Shown here piece after piece: positions 10,988 through 21,206 of a stretch of DNA of 64,000 nt. Source of the stretch: an uncultured cyanobacterium (GTDB lineage: Bacteria; Cyanobacteriota; Cyanobacteriia; CAKZMO01); the NCBI GenBank assembly GCA_963719515.1, contig CAVRCJ010000013.1, forward strand, positions 128,001-192,000. Reading direction: 5' to 3'. The notes beneath the pieces are model-generated. The model was not told the DNA's origin. It searched no databases and was given only the letters and a program-made list of their open reading frames with translations. A program made the translations under genes and the position numbers. Positions within the stretch are counted from its first letter, which is position 1. The number at the start of each line of letters is the position of its first letter.

Positions 10988-13033
10988 TTATCTCACTGCG
11001 GCGGCCGGCAGCGCGCGACGGCTCACAGACGGTTGGCTTTTTGGCTGCAGCAGCAGCTCGCGGATGAGCCGAGCCGTTAGCCGCTGAGTTAGCTCGCCGA
11101 CAACCGAGCGGCCCATATGGCGAAACTCGGGTTGACTTAGCATCTGGGGAACCAGCTCGCCCACCAAGGCTGGGCTAAAACCAGGAGTCTCCCGCAGGAT
11201 ATTGGCGATACGCAGAACGTGGTCAAGGGTGGCGGGTTGGGTCGCTACCGACGGCTGACGGGAGGCTAAGCCAAGCTGCTCGCGAACGCCGAGCGCGGCC
11301 CGCTGGAATACGTTCTGCCCAAATCCATCCACTGACTGCACAATGGTCTCTACGAGGTGGGCGCGGATAAAGGCGCCCCGTGGGGATAGGATAAAGTCGA
11401 TCGTCTGACGAAGAATCTGAGACAAGTCGTAGTCTGGACTGTCTTTCGCATTCTTCAACAGGTTTTCTAGCCTGTTCCAGCGAAAACCATTGTCTTTAAA
11501 TAAGAGATCCTGTAGGGAGGCTCGAAGTTCCGGAGAAGGGTCACTCAGCAGCCGCTTAGCGACATAGGGATAGGCTTTACTCAGTACCTTAAACTCGGGA
11601 TCTACCTTGATTGCGATTCCCTCTAGGGTAACGAGCGAGCGAATGATTAAGGCGTAATACGCGGGCACCCTAAACGGATATTCGTACATCAGCGCCGACA
11701 GCTGATCGGTAATGCTCTTGAAGTTTAGCTCGGCAACACTTGCCCCCAGTGCATTGCCAAACACGTTGGCCAATGCCGGAATGATGGGGGTCAAGTCGGT
11801 GTCCGGCGTCAAGAACTCAAGCTTGACGTAGTCGTTGGCAAGGCCCTCAAAGTCTCGGTTGACCAAGTGGACCACGGCCTCCAGTAGACCATAGCGCTGA
11901 TAGGGCTTGACCTGACTCATCATGCCAAAATCGAGGTACGCTAGCTTCCCGTCCGGAGTTGCTAGAAGGTTGCCGGGATGGGGATCTGCATGGAAGAAGC
12001 CATGCTCAAGCAGCTGCCTCAAAGAGCACTGAACGCCCACTTCTATCAGGTAACGTGCGTCAATGCCCTGGGCCATAACGGCCTCTAAGTCAGTGAGCTT
12101 TGTTCCCGTAATCCACTCCATGGTCAGCACGCGGCGGTTGGTGTACTGCCAGTAGATCTTAGGGACGTAGATATCGTCTAGGTGGCCGTAGAGTTCCCTG
12201 AAGCGATCGGCGTTAAACCCCTCCTGGATGTAGTCAACTTCCTCAAAGATGCGGGCGCCAAATTCATCCATAATGGCGACTAGGTCGCTCTTGAGCTGAG
12301 GAATAAAGCGCGTAACCAGCTTGGCGATCTGCCGCAGCACGTAGATATCGAGAGCGATTCGCTGAAATAGCCCGGGGCGCTGAACCTTGACAGCAACTTC
12401 CTCACCGGTTTTGAGGCGGCCTCGGTAAACTTGGCCAAGCGAAGCCGCTGCGATGGGGGAATCCGTCAGCTCAGCGTAGATATTCTCGGGGCGATCGCCT
12501 AGCTCCTCTTCGATAAACTGAAACGCTAGCTCATTGGGAAAGGGCGGCAGCTTATCCTGCAGCAGACTCAGCTCCTCTAAGTAGATGGGCGAAACCAAGT
12601 CTGGCCGTGTCGAGAGGGCTTGCCCCACCTTAATGTAGGCTGGCCCCAAGTTCGTCAGGATTTCTCGGGCACGAACGGCCCGCTTCCTCTCGTTGCGGTC
12701 TATTCCCCCGGTCCACCTGTCCCAAAGAATCTGCAGGGCAAAAGTAACCGTCGGCCAAAAAATGGCGATTGCCCGAGCAATCACCTGAAGCGGCCGGCGA
12801 TTGTACTGGGCCTCAATGACTGCCGGGTCATACCGCATCTCCGGCCTTGCCTGAGACGTCTCGGGGCGGTGGGCATACTTGAGATCTCCCTCAACAAGAC
12901 CTGGCAATCCATTGGGACCCAGATCCGGTACGCCAGCAACCGGCATGTTCGTGCCCAGTGCGTCGGCGCTTGATGCGCTGGAGCCAGATGTGCCAGGATC
13001 GGATAGGATGGCGGCGTTTGCTACAGATGTCAT
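10988..13033 (-). CDS. AarF/ABC1/UbiB family atypical kinase
   Basis: LGPAYIKVGQALSTRPD, AAASLGQVY, VAVKVQRP, FFHADPHPGN and LDFGM motifs. Confidence 0.95.
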   Translation of the reverse strand: MTSVANAAILSDPGTSGSSASSADALGTNMPVAGVPDLGPNGLPGLVEGDLKYAHRPETSQARPEMRYDPAVIEAQYNRRPLQVIARAIAIFWPTVTFALQILWDRWTGGIDRNERKRAVRAREILTNLGPAYIKVGQALSTRPDLVSPIYLEELSLLQDKLPPFPNELAFQFIEEELGDRPENIYAELTDSPIAAASLGQVYRGRLKTGEEVAVKVQRPGLFQRIALDIYVLRQIAKLVTRFIPQLKSDLVAIMDEFGARIFEEVDYIQEGFNADRFRELYGHLDDIYVPKIYWQYTNRRVLTMEWITGTKLTDLEAVMAQGIDARYLIEVGVQCSLRQLLEHGFFHADPHPGNLLATPDGKLAYLDFGMMSQVKPYQRYGLLEAVVHLVNRDFEGLANDYVKLEFLTPDTDLTPIIPALANVFGNALGASVAELNFKSITDQLSALMYEYPFRVPAYYALIIRSLVTLEGIAIKVDPEFKVLSKAYPYVAKRLLSDPSPELRASLQDLLFKDNGFRWNRLENLLKNAKDSPDYDLSQILRQTIDFILSPRGAFIRAHLVETIVQSVDGFGQNVFQRAALGVREQLGLASRQPSVATQPATLDHVLRIANILRETPGFSPALVGELVPQMLSQPEFRHMGRSVVGELTQRLTARLIRELLLQPKSQPSVSRRALPAAAVR

Positions 13034-13200
13034 ATAGGAAGAGGGGGGTAAGGCAGCTGGTATAGTATGAACTATTGTAACAACCTAGCTGCGGCGCTGT
13101 CTCTCTCCTCTAGGGTATGTTTTTTAAGCTAATCTTGAAGTGCCCTCTCTCGCCGGCCCAGCGGGGTCTGATACCATTAAGTTAGAAAGGATATCAACGC

Positions 13201-13323
13201 ATGGACATCAAGCTTTTTCTTTTGGCGATTACGCCAGTTTTCGTGATTGCCTGCCTCTTCTTTGGCACCCGAAATGGATTTTATGACTCAGATAACTACC
13301 ACGGGAACGGGTCTGCTCATTGA
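13201..13323 (+). CDS. ndhP: NDH-1 complex subunit P (40 aa)
   Basis: MDIKLFLLAITPVFVIACLFFGTRNGFYDSDNYHGNGSAH*: one TM helix plus the GTRNGFYDSDNYxGNGSAH tail of NdhP; AAAGGA RBS upstream. Confidence 0.92.
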   Translation: MDIKLFLLAITPVFVIACLFFGTRNGFYDSDNYHGNGSAH

Positions 13324-13352
13324 GTGTTGACTAGGATAATGCAGCATCTTGA

Positions 13353-13391
13353 GGGGTCTAGCCGACAAGCAGAGACCCCATTTTCATTTTT
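13353..13391 (+). terminator. Putative intrinsic terminator after ndhP
   Basis: GGGGTCT...AGACCCC stem followed by ATTTTCATTTTT. Confidence 0.55.
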
Positions 13392-13424
13392 CATATCGCT
13401 GTCTGATGAACGTAGCATCCAGGT

Positions 13425-15062
13425 GTGTTTCCCGTGGCTGAACTAGCGTGCATGTCCTACGCTGTGGGACACGCCAACGAAGGGGTTTGCTTGGGCCTGC
13501 AGATGGGGCCCTACAGTATTTTGCTAGACTGCGGACTGGCGGATATTCAGGCGATCGCCACCTCTAGTCGCCCTCCGACCGATTTCGTTTTTTGCAGCCA
13601 TGCCCACTCAGACCACGCCCGGGGGCTGTGGGCCCTACATCAGGCTTACTCAGACCTGCCAATCTACGCCAGCGAGATTACCGCGCAGCTGATCGGGTTC
13701 AACTGGTTAGGGGAAGATCCGCCGTCGTTTTGTCATCCGGTATCCTGGCGATCGCCAATTCGTTTAGCCCCTCAGCTCACTCTTGAGCTATGGCCAGCGG
13801 GCCACCTTCCTGGGGCGGCGATCGCGGTATTCACTTATGAAGCTGAGAAGCAGACCTACAAGGCAATCTATACCGGCGATTTCACCCTCTCTAACTCCCG
13901 GTTAGTCGATGGGTTCCCCCTGGAGGAGCTTAGAAACTCAAAGCCAGACGTTCTGATCGTCGAAGGGAGCTACGGCACAGCTCGTCACCCCCGCAGACGA
14001 CAACAGGAAAACGACCTCGCAGCCAAAATTCACCACGCCCTCAACTGCAGCTGGTCTGTGCTCCTTCCGACCCCCATCTTGGGCATGGGACAAGAGATCT
14101 TAATGCTGCTGCGCAGCCACCACCACTTCACAGGGCGCGACGTCAATATTTGGGTCAATGATGCCGTTGCCCTAGCTTGCGATGCCTACCTCGACCTATT
14201 GGGGAATTTTCCTAACACCGTCCAGAACTTTGCTAAGCACCAAGCGCTATTTTGGGATGAGCGCATTCGCCCCTATGTCAGACGGCTAGATACCGCCACC
14301 CCAGAGCTGTTCAGCGCTGGCCCCAACATCGTAATTACCGAGCCTACAGCAGACCTAAGCGCCTGCTGCGAACTTTATCCCGGCTCGTGGCTCATCCTGC
14401 TGCCAGAGAAACCGGGACAGCTGGGCGTGGTTCAGGCCGACGTTCAACGGCAAATTCAAGAGTCCGATCGCTTTCGGAAAGATATCGAAGCGGGCAAACT
14501 TGCTTTAGACTCTTACCTGCTGAGTGACCACTGCGATGGAGCTGGGACGCTGCAGCTAATCCACAATATCCGACCCCAGCACGTCATTTTTGTTCACGGG
14601 TCCCCCGCCTATTTGACAGACCTCACCAGCGTAGAGGATCTGCAGAATAGATACCATCTGCACCTCCCGGCGGCGGATACCCTCGTTGAGCTGCCCGTTG
14701 GCGATACGTTCATTCAGCCAGAGCCTCCAAACTCCTACTATGGCGGCGAGCTAATAGAGCTCAATACCACAGTGATGATCACGCTAGATCAAAGAATTAC
14801 CGCTGAGTCTCGGTGGCAGCAGTTTGCGGACACTGGGATTGTAGAAGCGCGCTGGCAGGGGGACGAACTTGTTCTTCGTGGGGTGCAGCAGCGAGAGATT
14901 TTGAGCGACGCCACAACCTCAGGAGTTTCGGTCTGCTGCGATACCTGCGCTTACTACCGAGGACAGCGCTGTTGGAATAAAGAATCGGCGCTGTTTGGCT
15001 TCAACGTCACGCCAGAGGGCTACTGCCCGGTGTACCGGTCTGCCTACGAGCTGGTTGACTGA
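13425..15062 (+). CDS. MBL-fold metallo-hydrolase (beta-CASP RNase-like) with C-terminal Cys-rich domain
   Basis: LLDCG, SHAHSDH, AGHLPGA, YTGDF, EGSYG and FVHG motifs; C-terminal CxxC...C...C. Confidence 0.88.
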   Translation: MFPVAELACMSYAVGHANEGVCLGLQMGPYSILLDCGLADIQAIATSSRPPTDFVFCSHAHSDHARGLWALHQAYSDLPIYASEITAQLIGFNWLGEDPPSFCHPVSWRSPIRLAPQLTLELWPAGHLPGAAIAVFTYEAEKQTYKAIYTGDFTLSNSRLVDGFPLEELRNSKPDVLIVEGSYGTARHPRRRQQENDLAAKIHHALNCSWSVLLPTPILGMGQEILMLLRSHHHFTGRDVNIWVNDAVALACDAYLDLLGNFPNTVQNFAKHQALFWDERIRPYVRRLDTATPELFSAGPNIVITEPTADLSACCELYPGSWLILLPEKPGQLGVVQADVQRQIQESDRFRKDIEAGKLALDSYLLSDHCDGAGTLQLIHNIRPQHVIFVHGSPAYLTDLTSVEDLQNRYHLHLPAADTLVELPVGDTFIQPEPPNSYYGGELIELNTTVMITLDQRITAESRWQQFADTGIVEARWQGDELVLRGVQQREILSDATTSGVSVCCDTCAYYRGQRCWNKESALFGFNVTPEGYCPVYRSAYELVD

Positions 15063-15140
15063 GCTGAAGCCTCACGACGACTATCCTCCGCCAGTGCAAG
15101 CATCGGCGGAGGATAGGATTCAGACTCCTGCAGAGGAGCG

Positions 15141-15461
15141 CTAGCTTTCGTTGGCCTCAGGCCACTGATTTTTAATCTTCTCTGCCTCAGGGCAGTCTTC
15201 TGCCGTTGGGGGCTCGACGTTTCCTCGAGGAACTGTCGCCAGCTTCTGCTGGATAGAGCCAATACTGTCTATACGAATCATTTCTTCCCAAGAGCAGATC
15301 TCGTCCTCTTCGTCTGATTCGTAGCGAAGCGTAACTAAATCACCTTCAATATCGAGAATCTGGGCTCGCTCGATCCAGCGCTGCTGATCCCGCAAAAAGA
15401 TCCAAACCTCACGACCGTCGCAACAAAGTTGATAGATCTTGCGGCTAAGCATGAATGACAT
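15141..15461 (-). CDS. Conserved cyanobacterial hypothetical protein (DUF6679-like)
   Basis: MLSRKIYQLCCDGREVWIFLRDQQRWIE...SWEEMIRIDSIG. Confidence 0.75.
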   Translation of the reverse strand: MSFMLSRKIYQLCCDGREVWIFLRDQQRWIERAQILDIEGDLVTLRYESDEEDEICSWEEMIRIDSIGSIQQKLATVPRGNVEPPTAEDCPEAEKIKNQWPEANES

Positions 15462-15779
15462 TCTCCCCAGTAATTAAATCGAGATTGGCTAGTCTGACCG
15501 ATACTAACTCGCGTAGTTTTTGCCGGTTCGTCATCTGTAGAGTTTAACGCTATGGGCTACCCTCATCACCTGGTCCCTTATTAAGGGGCATCCTACCCTT
15601 CATTCTAGCCACTGTCAGACCTGAATAGACACTGCTGCAGGAAATTTACCAAAATATAAGGGTGAAGGTGGACACCCTGCAGCGGTAGGGTGCGGTAGGG
15701 TGAAGAGCGCTGTGGTTTGCCCGAGCCCCTCGCGAGTCTAAGCAAACTGCTAAGATGAATCAACGCTTTTATACGCCCT

Positions 15780-16655
15780 ATGATCACCTCTAGAAGCATT
15801 CTGCACGGCATTCGCTCAGACCAGTTTCGCCACCCCTTTGACTTAGAGGCGACGCAGGCGCTGCGCCAGCTCCCAGGATTCGACCTTCTCATTCGTACTG
15901 TGCTGGGGTCTGTGGCAGAGCGGTTCTTTTATCTAGAGAACATCTCGTCTAGCATTGCCGTGAGTGACGAGCAGCTTCCCCATCTCCAGCACCTGCTGGT
16001 GGAAGCCTGTCAAATTCTCGACCTAGATGTTCCTCAGCTCTATCTACGGCAGAACCCACAGCCCAACGCCTACACGTTTGCCATTCGCGGCCAGCAGCCT
16101 TTTATTGTGCTCCACACGTCCCTAGTTGATTTGCTTTCTCCCGAAGAGATTCAGGCCGTGATTGCCCACGAGCTTGGGCATCTCAAGTGCGAGCATGGCG
16201 TGTACCTGACCCTTGCCAATCTAATTTTGCTGGCCTCTAGCGAACTGCTGCCGCTAGGAGCCGTCATTGCCCAGAGCTTACAAGCTCAGCTGCTGCAGTG
16301 GGTCCGCTGCGCCGAGTTTACCTGCGATCGCGCTGCGCTGCTAGTGGCCCAAGATCATCGAACGGTAGCGTCGGTGCTGATGAAGCTGACGGGCGGTTCG
16401 GCAACGCTCGCCTCCCAGCTCAACCTAGACGCCTTTTTAGCCCAGGCGCGCTCCTACGACAGCGTCAGTACAGACGAATTAGGAAAGCTGCTCAAGGAGG
16501 CCCAGGTCAGCCAGCTCACCCACCCCTTGCCGGTGCTGCGGGCAAGAGAAATTGAGCGGTGGTCAGCGAGTCAGAGTTACCAAAAGTTACTGAATAAAAG
16601 CGCGATCGCCTATAATGAAGATACCCCAGCCGGGGGCGGATGGCGAAATTGGTAG
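15780..16655 (+). CDS. M48 family zinc metallopeptidase
   Basis: NAYT, AVIAHELGH (HExxH), AEFTCDRA and THP motifs. Confidence 0.92.
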   Translation: MITSRSILHGIRSDQFRHPFDLEATQALRQLPGFDLLIRTVLGSVAERFFYLENISSSIAVSDEQLPHLQHLLVEACQILDLDVPQLYLRQNPQPNAYTFAIRGQQPFIVLHTSLVDLLSPEEIQAVIAHELGHLKCEHGVYLTLANLILLASSELLPLGAVIAQSLQAQLLQWVRCAEFTCDRAALLVAQDHRTVASVLMKLTGGSATLASQLNLDAFLAQARSYDSVSTDELGKLLKEAQVSQLTHPLPVLRAREIERWSASQSYQKLLNKSAIAYNEDTPAGGGWRNW

Positions 16656-16715
16656 ACGCACCACACTCAAAATGTGGCGACTTCGGTTGTGAGAGTTCGA
16701 GTCTCTCTCCGCCCA
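16634..16715 (+). tRNA. trnL-CAA: tRNA-Leu(CAA)
   Basis: Acceptor stem GGGCGGA/TCCGCCC+A, D-arm TGGCGAAATTGGTAGACGC, anticodon arm CCACA-CTCAAAA-TGTGG, long variable arm, T-loop GTTCGAGTC. Confidence 0.96.
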
Positions 16716-16752
16716 TAAAAAGTGCCTGTTAGGCCAAAATCATTTCGGCACC

Positions 16753-16786
16753 TCGGGCTACCTTCTCAAAAGGTAGCCCGATTTTT
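16753..16786 (+). terminator. Intrinsic terminator after tRNA-Leu
   Basis: TCGGGCTACCTT...AAGGTAGCCCGA stem followed by a T-tract. Confidence 0.8.
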
Positions 16787-17126
16787 GTAGCACACGGGCC
16801 GCCGTCTAATTACGCAGACGACAGGACAAACCTTATGGTGGCACTGCGGTTTCCGCTGTTGTCGGCAATCACGGGCGATCGCTACTGTTGTACTATTCGT
16901 GACAGTAGACGAGTCAGTGCTGCTCTCTAGCACGCATTTGAAAATTTGTCTATTCGAATGGGTATTTTCAAATAAGATGAGTCGTGGTATGCGGAATCAT
17001 TATTGCCGCCATAGTGGTACAACACGTCGGTTAAGCCAAAACTGGCTGAGGAAGCACCACCTGCCAAACTGAGTAAGGTTTGGTGACGCATCTAGGTTGA
17101 TAAGGCGCTAGCGGAGTTGAGAAACG

Positions 17127-19082
17127 TTGACACGCATATCTATGGACAAGAGCGAGCTAGACCAGGGCAGGGCTCAGGAGGAGCCTTTGACGGCCGAGCA
17201 AACGCTTCGGAGACGAATTGACTACGAGCATAAGTTAAGAAGAATCGTTCAGCGGATTCGCTGCTCTTTAAACGTCGCTCAAATTCTCCACTCTTCAGCC
17301 ACCGAGATTAGACAGCTTCTGCAAACGGACCGCGTCGTCATCTACCGCGCAGAGTCGTCAGAAAATCCTCGGTTTCTGTACCTAGCTGCGATCGCAGACG
17401 GCTGCGACCTCAATAGTTCCCCGGCCTCAAAAATCCCTCAAGACCTATTTCTCAGCGCGCTCGACTACACCGGGGCAGAGGGATACGCCGTTATTTCAGA
17501 CCCTGAGCGCTGTGGGCTGCATCTTGGCCTCTGCCAGCTTTGGCATCAGACGGGCGTCAAGTCGGCGGTGGCCGTTTCGCTAGGCGGCGATCGCCCCATT
17601 GGCCTGATCTGCATTCATCAGTACGCCGAAGGCGTCACGTGGCAGCCCTTTGAGCTTGAGGGACTGTCCTACGTGGCTGACGAAGTCGCGATTGCCGTGC
17701 ACCAGGCCGAACTCTATCAGCAGGTCCAGTCCCTAAACGCGGGCCTAGAAGCGGAGGTTCAAAAGCGAACCTCCCAAGTCCGCACCGCAGCCCTGTTCGA
17801 TTCTACGCTCAAGCGGATCACAGATAAGGTCCGCGACTCTCTAGATGAGGCCCAAATTCTGCAAACCGCCGTACGAGAGCTGGCGCTCGTGCTAGAGCTA
17901 GGGGGGTGCAACGCCGCACTCTACGACCTAGAGCGAGAAACCTCTACTATTTTTTATGAGTACGCTAACCTAATTCCGGCCTATCGGGGACGAGTCGCTC
18001 GGATGAACGACTTTCCTGAAATCTACGATCAGCTTCGACAGCAGATGTACTTTCAGTTTTGCTCGCTGAGCCCTAACCCGGAGCGGGGCCACGCATCGCT
18101 CCTCGCCTGCCCTATTTTTGCCGATTCTCCAGAAAAGTCAGGGCAGACGGACAAAGAGCAGATCGCAGCGGAACGGCTTGAAGCATCTCAGCAAGAAGTT
18201 TTGGGCGATCTTTGGCTCGTCCATCATCCCAACCACGTCTTCAACGAGTTTGAGATTCGCCTGGTTCAGCAGGTGGCAAACCAGTGCGCCATTGCCATTC
18301 GGCAGGCCCGTCTCTACAAAGCGGCGCGATCGCAGGTTGATGAGCTAAAAAGACTCAACCGCATGAAAGATGAGTTTCTCAGCACCGTCTCCCACGAGTT
18401 AAGAACGCCAATCGCTAACGTCAGAATGGCGCTACAGCTGCTCAAAAACACGCCCTTGCCAAAGAAGCGGCAAAAGTATCTAGAAATATTAGAGTCGGAG
18501 TCTCGGCGAGAGGCTAATTTGATCGACGACCTGCTCGATATGCAGCGGCTCGAAGCAGGATCGGTCCCCGTTGCCCCCCGTGTAATCCACCTCGGCAGCT
18601 GGATAGCTCAGCTTGTTGGGCCATTCCGAGCCCGCGCTACTTCCTGTCAGCAGACCCTAACCCTGCGGGTCTATCCCTCTGATTTGAGCCTTACCAGCGA
18701 TGCTGATATTCTTCAGCGGATTTTAATAGAGCTGCTCAACAATGCCTGTAAATACACAGCGGCAGGGGGACAGATTGAATGCACTTGCGCGTTGGCCTTC
18801 AATCAGCCGATCTGTAACGATGAGGGCCATTTGGCCAGCGAAGTTCAATTCACGGTTAGAAACCGCGCCGAGATTCCTCGCGCCGAGCTACCGCATATCT
18901 TTGAGACGTTTTACCGGGTTCCCCATGTAGATCCCTGGCGTCAGGGCGGCACCGGCCTAGGACTAGCGCTAGTCAAGAAATTGGTCGGTCGATTAAACGG
19001 TTCCATTGAAGTAGACAGCTATGATGGATGGACGTGGTTTGTCGTCACTCTACCTTGCACCCTTTTTGCTGAGTCGTCTTAG
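17127..19082 (+). CDS. Sensor histidine kinase with two GAF domains
   Basis: GAF repeats (LQTDRVVIY; QQVANQCAIAIRQARLY), H-box FLSTVSHELRTP, N-box ELLNNACKY and G-box GGTGLGL. Confidence 0.92.
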   Translation: MTRISMDKSELDQGRAQEEPLTAEQTLRRRIDYEHKLRRIVQRIRCSLNVAQILHSSATEIRQLLQTDRVVIYRAESSENPRFLYLAAIADGCDLNSSPASKIPQDLFLSALDYTGAEGYAVISDPERCGLHLGLCQLWHQTGVKSAVAVSLGGDRPIGLICIHQYAEGVTWQPFELEGLSYVADEVAIAVHQAELYQQVQSLNAGLEAEVQKRTSQVRTAALFDSTLKRITDKVRDSLDEAQILQTAVRELALVLELGGCNAALYDLERETSTIFYEYANLIPAYRGRVARMNDFPEIYDQLRQQMYFQFCSLSPNPERGHASLLACPIFADSPEKSGQTDKEQIAAERLEASQQEVLGDLWLVHHPNHVFNEFEIRLVQQVANQCAIAIRQARLYKAARSQVDELKRLNRMKDEFLSTVSHELRTPIANVRMALQLLKNTPLPKKRQKYLEILESESRREANLIDDLLDMQRLEAGSVPVAPRVIHLGSWIAQLVGPFRARATSCQQTLTLRVYPSDLSLTSDADILQRILIELLNNACKYTAAGGQIECTCALAFNQPICNDEGHLASEVQFTVRNRAEIPRAELPHIFETFYRVPHVDPWRQGGTGLGLALVKKLVGRLNGSIEVDSYDGWTWFVVTLPCTLFAESS

Positions 19083-19108
19083 ACGCTGCTCGGCGATCTA
19101 GCGAGTTC

Positions 19109-20041
19109 ATGCCCCGCAGATTCATTCGATTTTTTAAACACCTCTCTCCTGCAATCGTTTGGGAAACCGTTGTTCGCAGTGGTGAGCAGCGGTTGGCGGG
19201 GCTATCGTCAGAGATTGCGTACAACGCGATTTTGGCGCTATTTCCCGCTATTCTCGCCATCTTCACCGCTATCGGACTCTTTACTCCCCTCGAGGCCCAA
19301 TTTGAGAAGCTTTTAGGTCGGCTCAGCCAGATTGTGCCGGTAGAGGCCTTCCAGCTGATCGAAAATTTCGCCAATGAAGTCAGTCGCGGTGGCAATGGCT
19401 CTCTATTCTCTGTCAGCTTCATCGTGGCGATTTGGATTGCATCAGGTGCCATCAGCGCGGCAATGCGGGCAATTGACGAGATTTACTGCGTTCCGCCCTC
19501 CCGGCGACAGGCCTTTTGGCATGCCAAGCTCGTCTCTCTAGGGCTAACTGGCGGGGCCCTGCTGCTGCTAATCGTGGCAACGTTTCTCATTTTCATCAGC
19601 GATATTTTGCTCGGCATCTTGCTTAAGCAGGCGATTATTCAGCGCGACTTGATAGAGCAGTTCGTGCTGTCAACGGTTCGCTTTCTCAGTTTGCCAATGG
19701 CGCTGGGCATCATGGCGATCGCTTTTGCTTTTCTCTATCGGTTTGGCACAAGCCAATTTCCTAAGAAAACGCCCCTCCTACCGGGGGCTGCGCTTGCCGC
19801 CGTCTCCTGGGCCATCATCTCGCGGCTGTTTCGGTTCTATGTTGCCCGCTTCGGCAACTACAACAAAGTCTATGGTGCAGTGGGGGCGGTGATTGTGCTG
19901 CTGCTATGGCTGTACATGAGTTCTTTGGTAATGCTAATCGGGGCACAGCTCAACGTAATCGTCGGCGAGTCGATGCAGGGCAAGCCGATGAGCAAAATCA
20001 ACTGGCACTCGAAGTGGCTGCGCCAAAAGTTTCGCCGTTGA
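19109..20041 (+). CDS. YihY/virulence factor BrkB family membrane protein
   Basis: Multiple TM segments; YNKVYGAVGAVIVLLLWLY...GAQLN. Confidence 0.9.
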   Translation: MPRRFIRFFKHLSPAIVWETVVRSGEQRLAGLSSEIAYNAILALFPAILAIFTAIGLFTPLEAQFEKLLGRLSQIVPVEAFQLIENFANEVSRGGNGSLFSVSFIVAIWIASGAISAAMRAIDEIYCVPPSRRQAFWHAKLVSLGLTGGALLLLIVATFLIFISDILLGILLKQAIIQRDLIEQFVLSTVRFLSLPMALGIMAIAFAFLYRFGTSQFPKKTPLLPGAALAAVSWAIISRLFRFYVARFGNYNKVYGAVGAVIVLLLWLYMSSLVMLIGAQLNVIVGESMQGKPMSKINWHSKWLRQKFRR

Positions 20042-21150
20042 TGAGTATCCCAAACCGTATTCTAATTATTGGTGGCGGCATCGTTGGGGCAATGCTGGCC
20101 TATGAGCTGAGCCTGGCAGACTACCGCGTTACGCTTCTAGACCGGCAGGCTCCGGGGCAAGGGTCGACTGGAGCCGCGCTGGGCGTGATGATGGGAGCTA
20201 TCAGCCGTAAGATGAAGGGCCGCGCCTGGGCCATGCGCCAGCAAAGTTTGGTGCGCTACGAGGCGCTGATTCAAGAGCTGCAGCGGCAGGGTCACCCCGT
20301 AGACTACAACAGAGACGGTATCGTCAAGCTGCTGTTTAGAGGGGACAATCGCGATCGCTGGGAGGCCCTAGCCCTAGCGCGCCAGCAGCAGGGCTGGCCG
20401 CTGGCGCTTTGGAGCCCAGAAACGCTGCTGGCGCGCTGTCCGGGAGTTGCCCTAGAGAACCCTATTGCTGGCCCGGTCATCGGCGCGGTGCATTCCGCCG
20501 GCGATCGCCAGGTCCACCCCCAGCAGCTGACTTTAGCCCTGCTAGAAGCTGTCCAGCGCCGAGGAGCGGAGACGCGCTTTGATGCAGCAGTTCAAACCCT
20601 AGAAGAGGCGGGCGGTCCCTACGCCCTCTTGCAGAGCGGCGAACGATATGATGCCGATTGGATTGTGGTAACGGCGGGGCTAGGGTCAACGGCCTTGACC
20701 GGGCCTCGCCCTGAGGCAGCGGTCGACATTCGCCCGGTACTCGGCCAAGCGATGGAAGTGACCTTAGAGTCCCCTCTCAATGCCCATACCTTTCGGCCTG
20801 TAGTCACCGGAAATGACGTCCATGTAGTGCCGCTACTTAGCGCCTCAGACTCACCTCGCTGCTGGGTGGGGGCGACGGTAGAATTTCCGGAGGACGGCGA
20901 CGGCACGGCCATTGAGGCGGAGCGGCAGGCCATGTGGGCGGGGGCGATCGCCCTGTGTCCTGGCTTAGCCTCGGCCCAGGTGCTGCGAACTTGGTCTGGG
21001 AAGCGCCCCCGCCCCTATGGACGGCCTGCCCCGGTGATTGAGCGGTTGCCCGGATACGACCGGGTGATTGTTGCCAGCGGTCACTACCGAAACGGGGTGC
21101 TGCTGGCTCCGGCGACGGCGCGGCGGGTGATGGAGCTGCTAGACCTCTGA
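20041..21150 (+). CDS. FAD-dependent oxidoreductase (DAO/glycine oxidase family)
   Basis: GGGIVG Rossmann motif, WSGKRP and SGHYRNGVLLAP; ATG overlaps the upstream TGA. Confidence 0.88.
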   Translation: MSIPNRILIIGGGIVGAMLAYELSLADYRVTLLDRQAPGQGSTGAALGVMMGAISRKMKGRAWAMRQQSLVRYEALIQELQRQGHPVDYNRDGIVKLLFRGDNRDRWEALALARQQQGWPLALWSPETLLARCPGVALENPIAGPVIGAVHSAGDRQVHPQQLTLALLEAVQRRGAETRFDAAVQTLEEAGGPYALLQSGERYDADWIVVTAGLGSTALTGPRPEAAVDIRPVLGQAMEVTLESPLNAHTFRPVVTGNDVHVVPLLSASDSPRCWVGATVEFPEDGDGTAIEAERQAMWAGAIALCPGLASAQVLRTWSGKRPRPYGRPAPVIERLPGYDRVIVASGHYRNGVLLAPATARRVMELLDL

Positions 21151-21206
21151 TGTCAAGATTCCAGGGCGGAGTTGGTTACATCGCGTGCGCTTACTGCTCC
21201 AAACCT

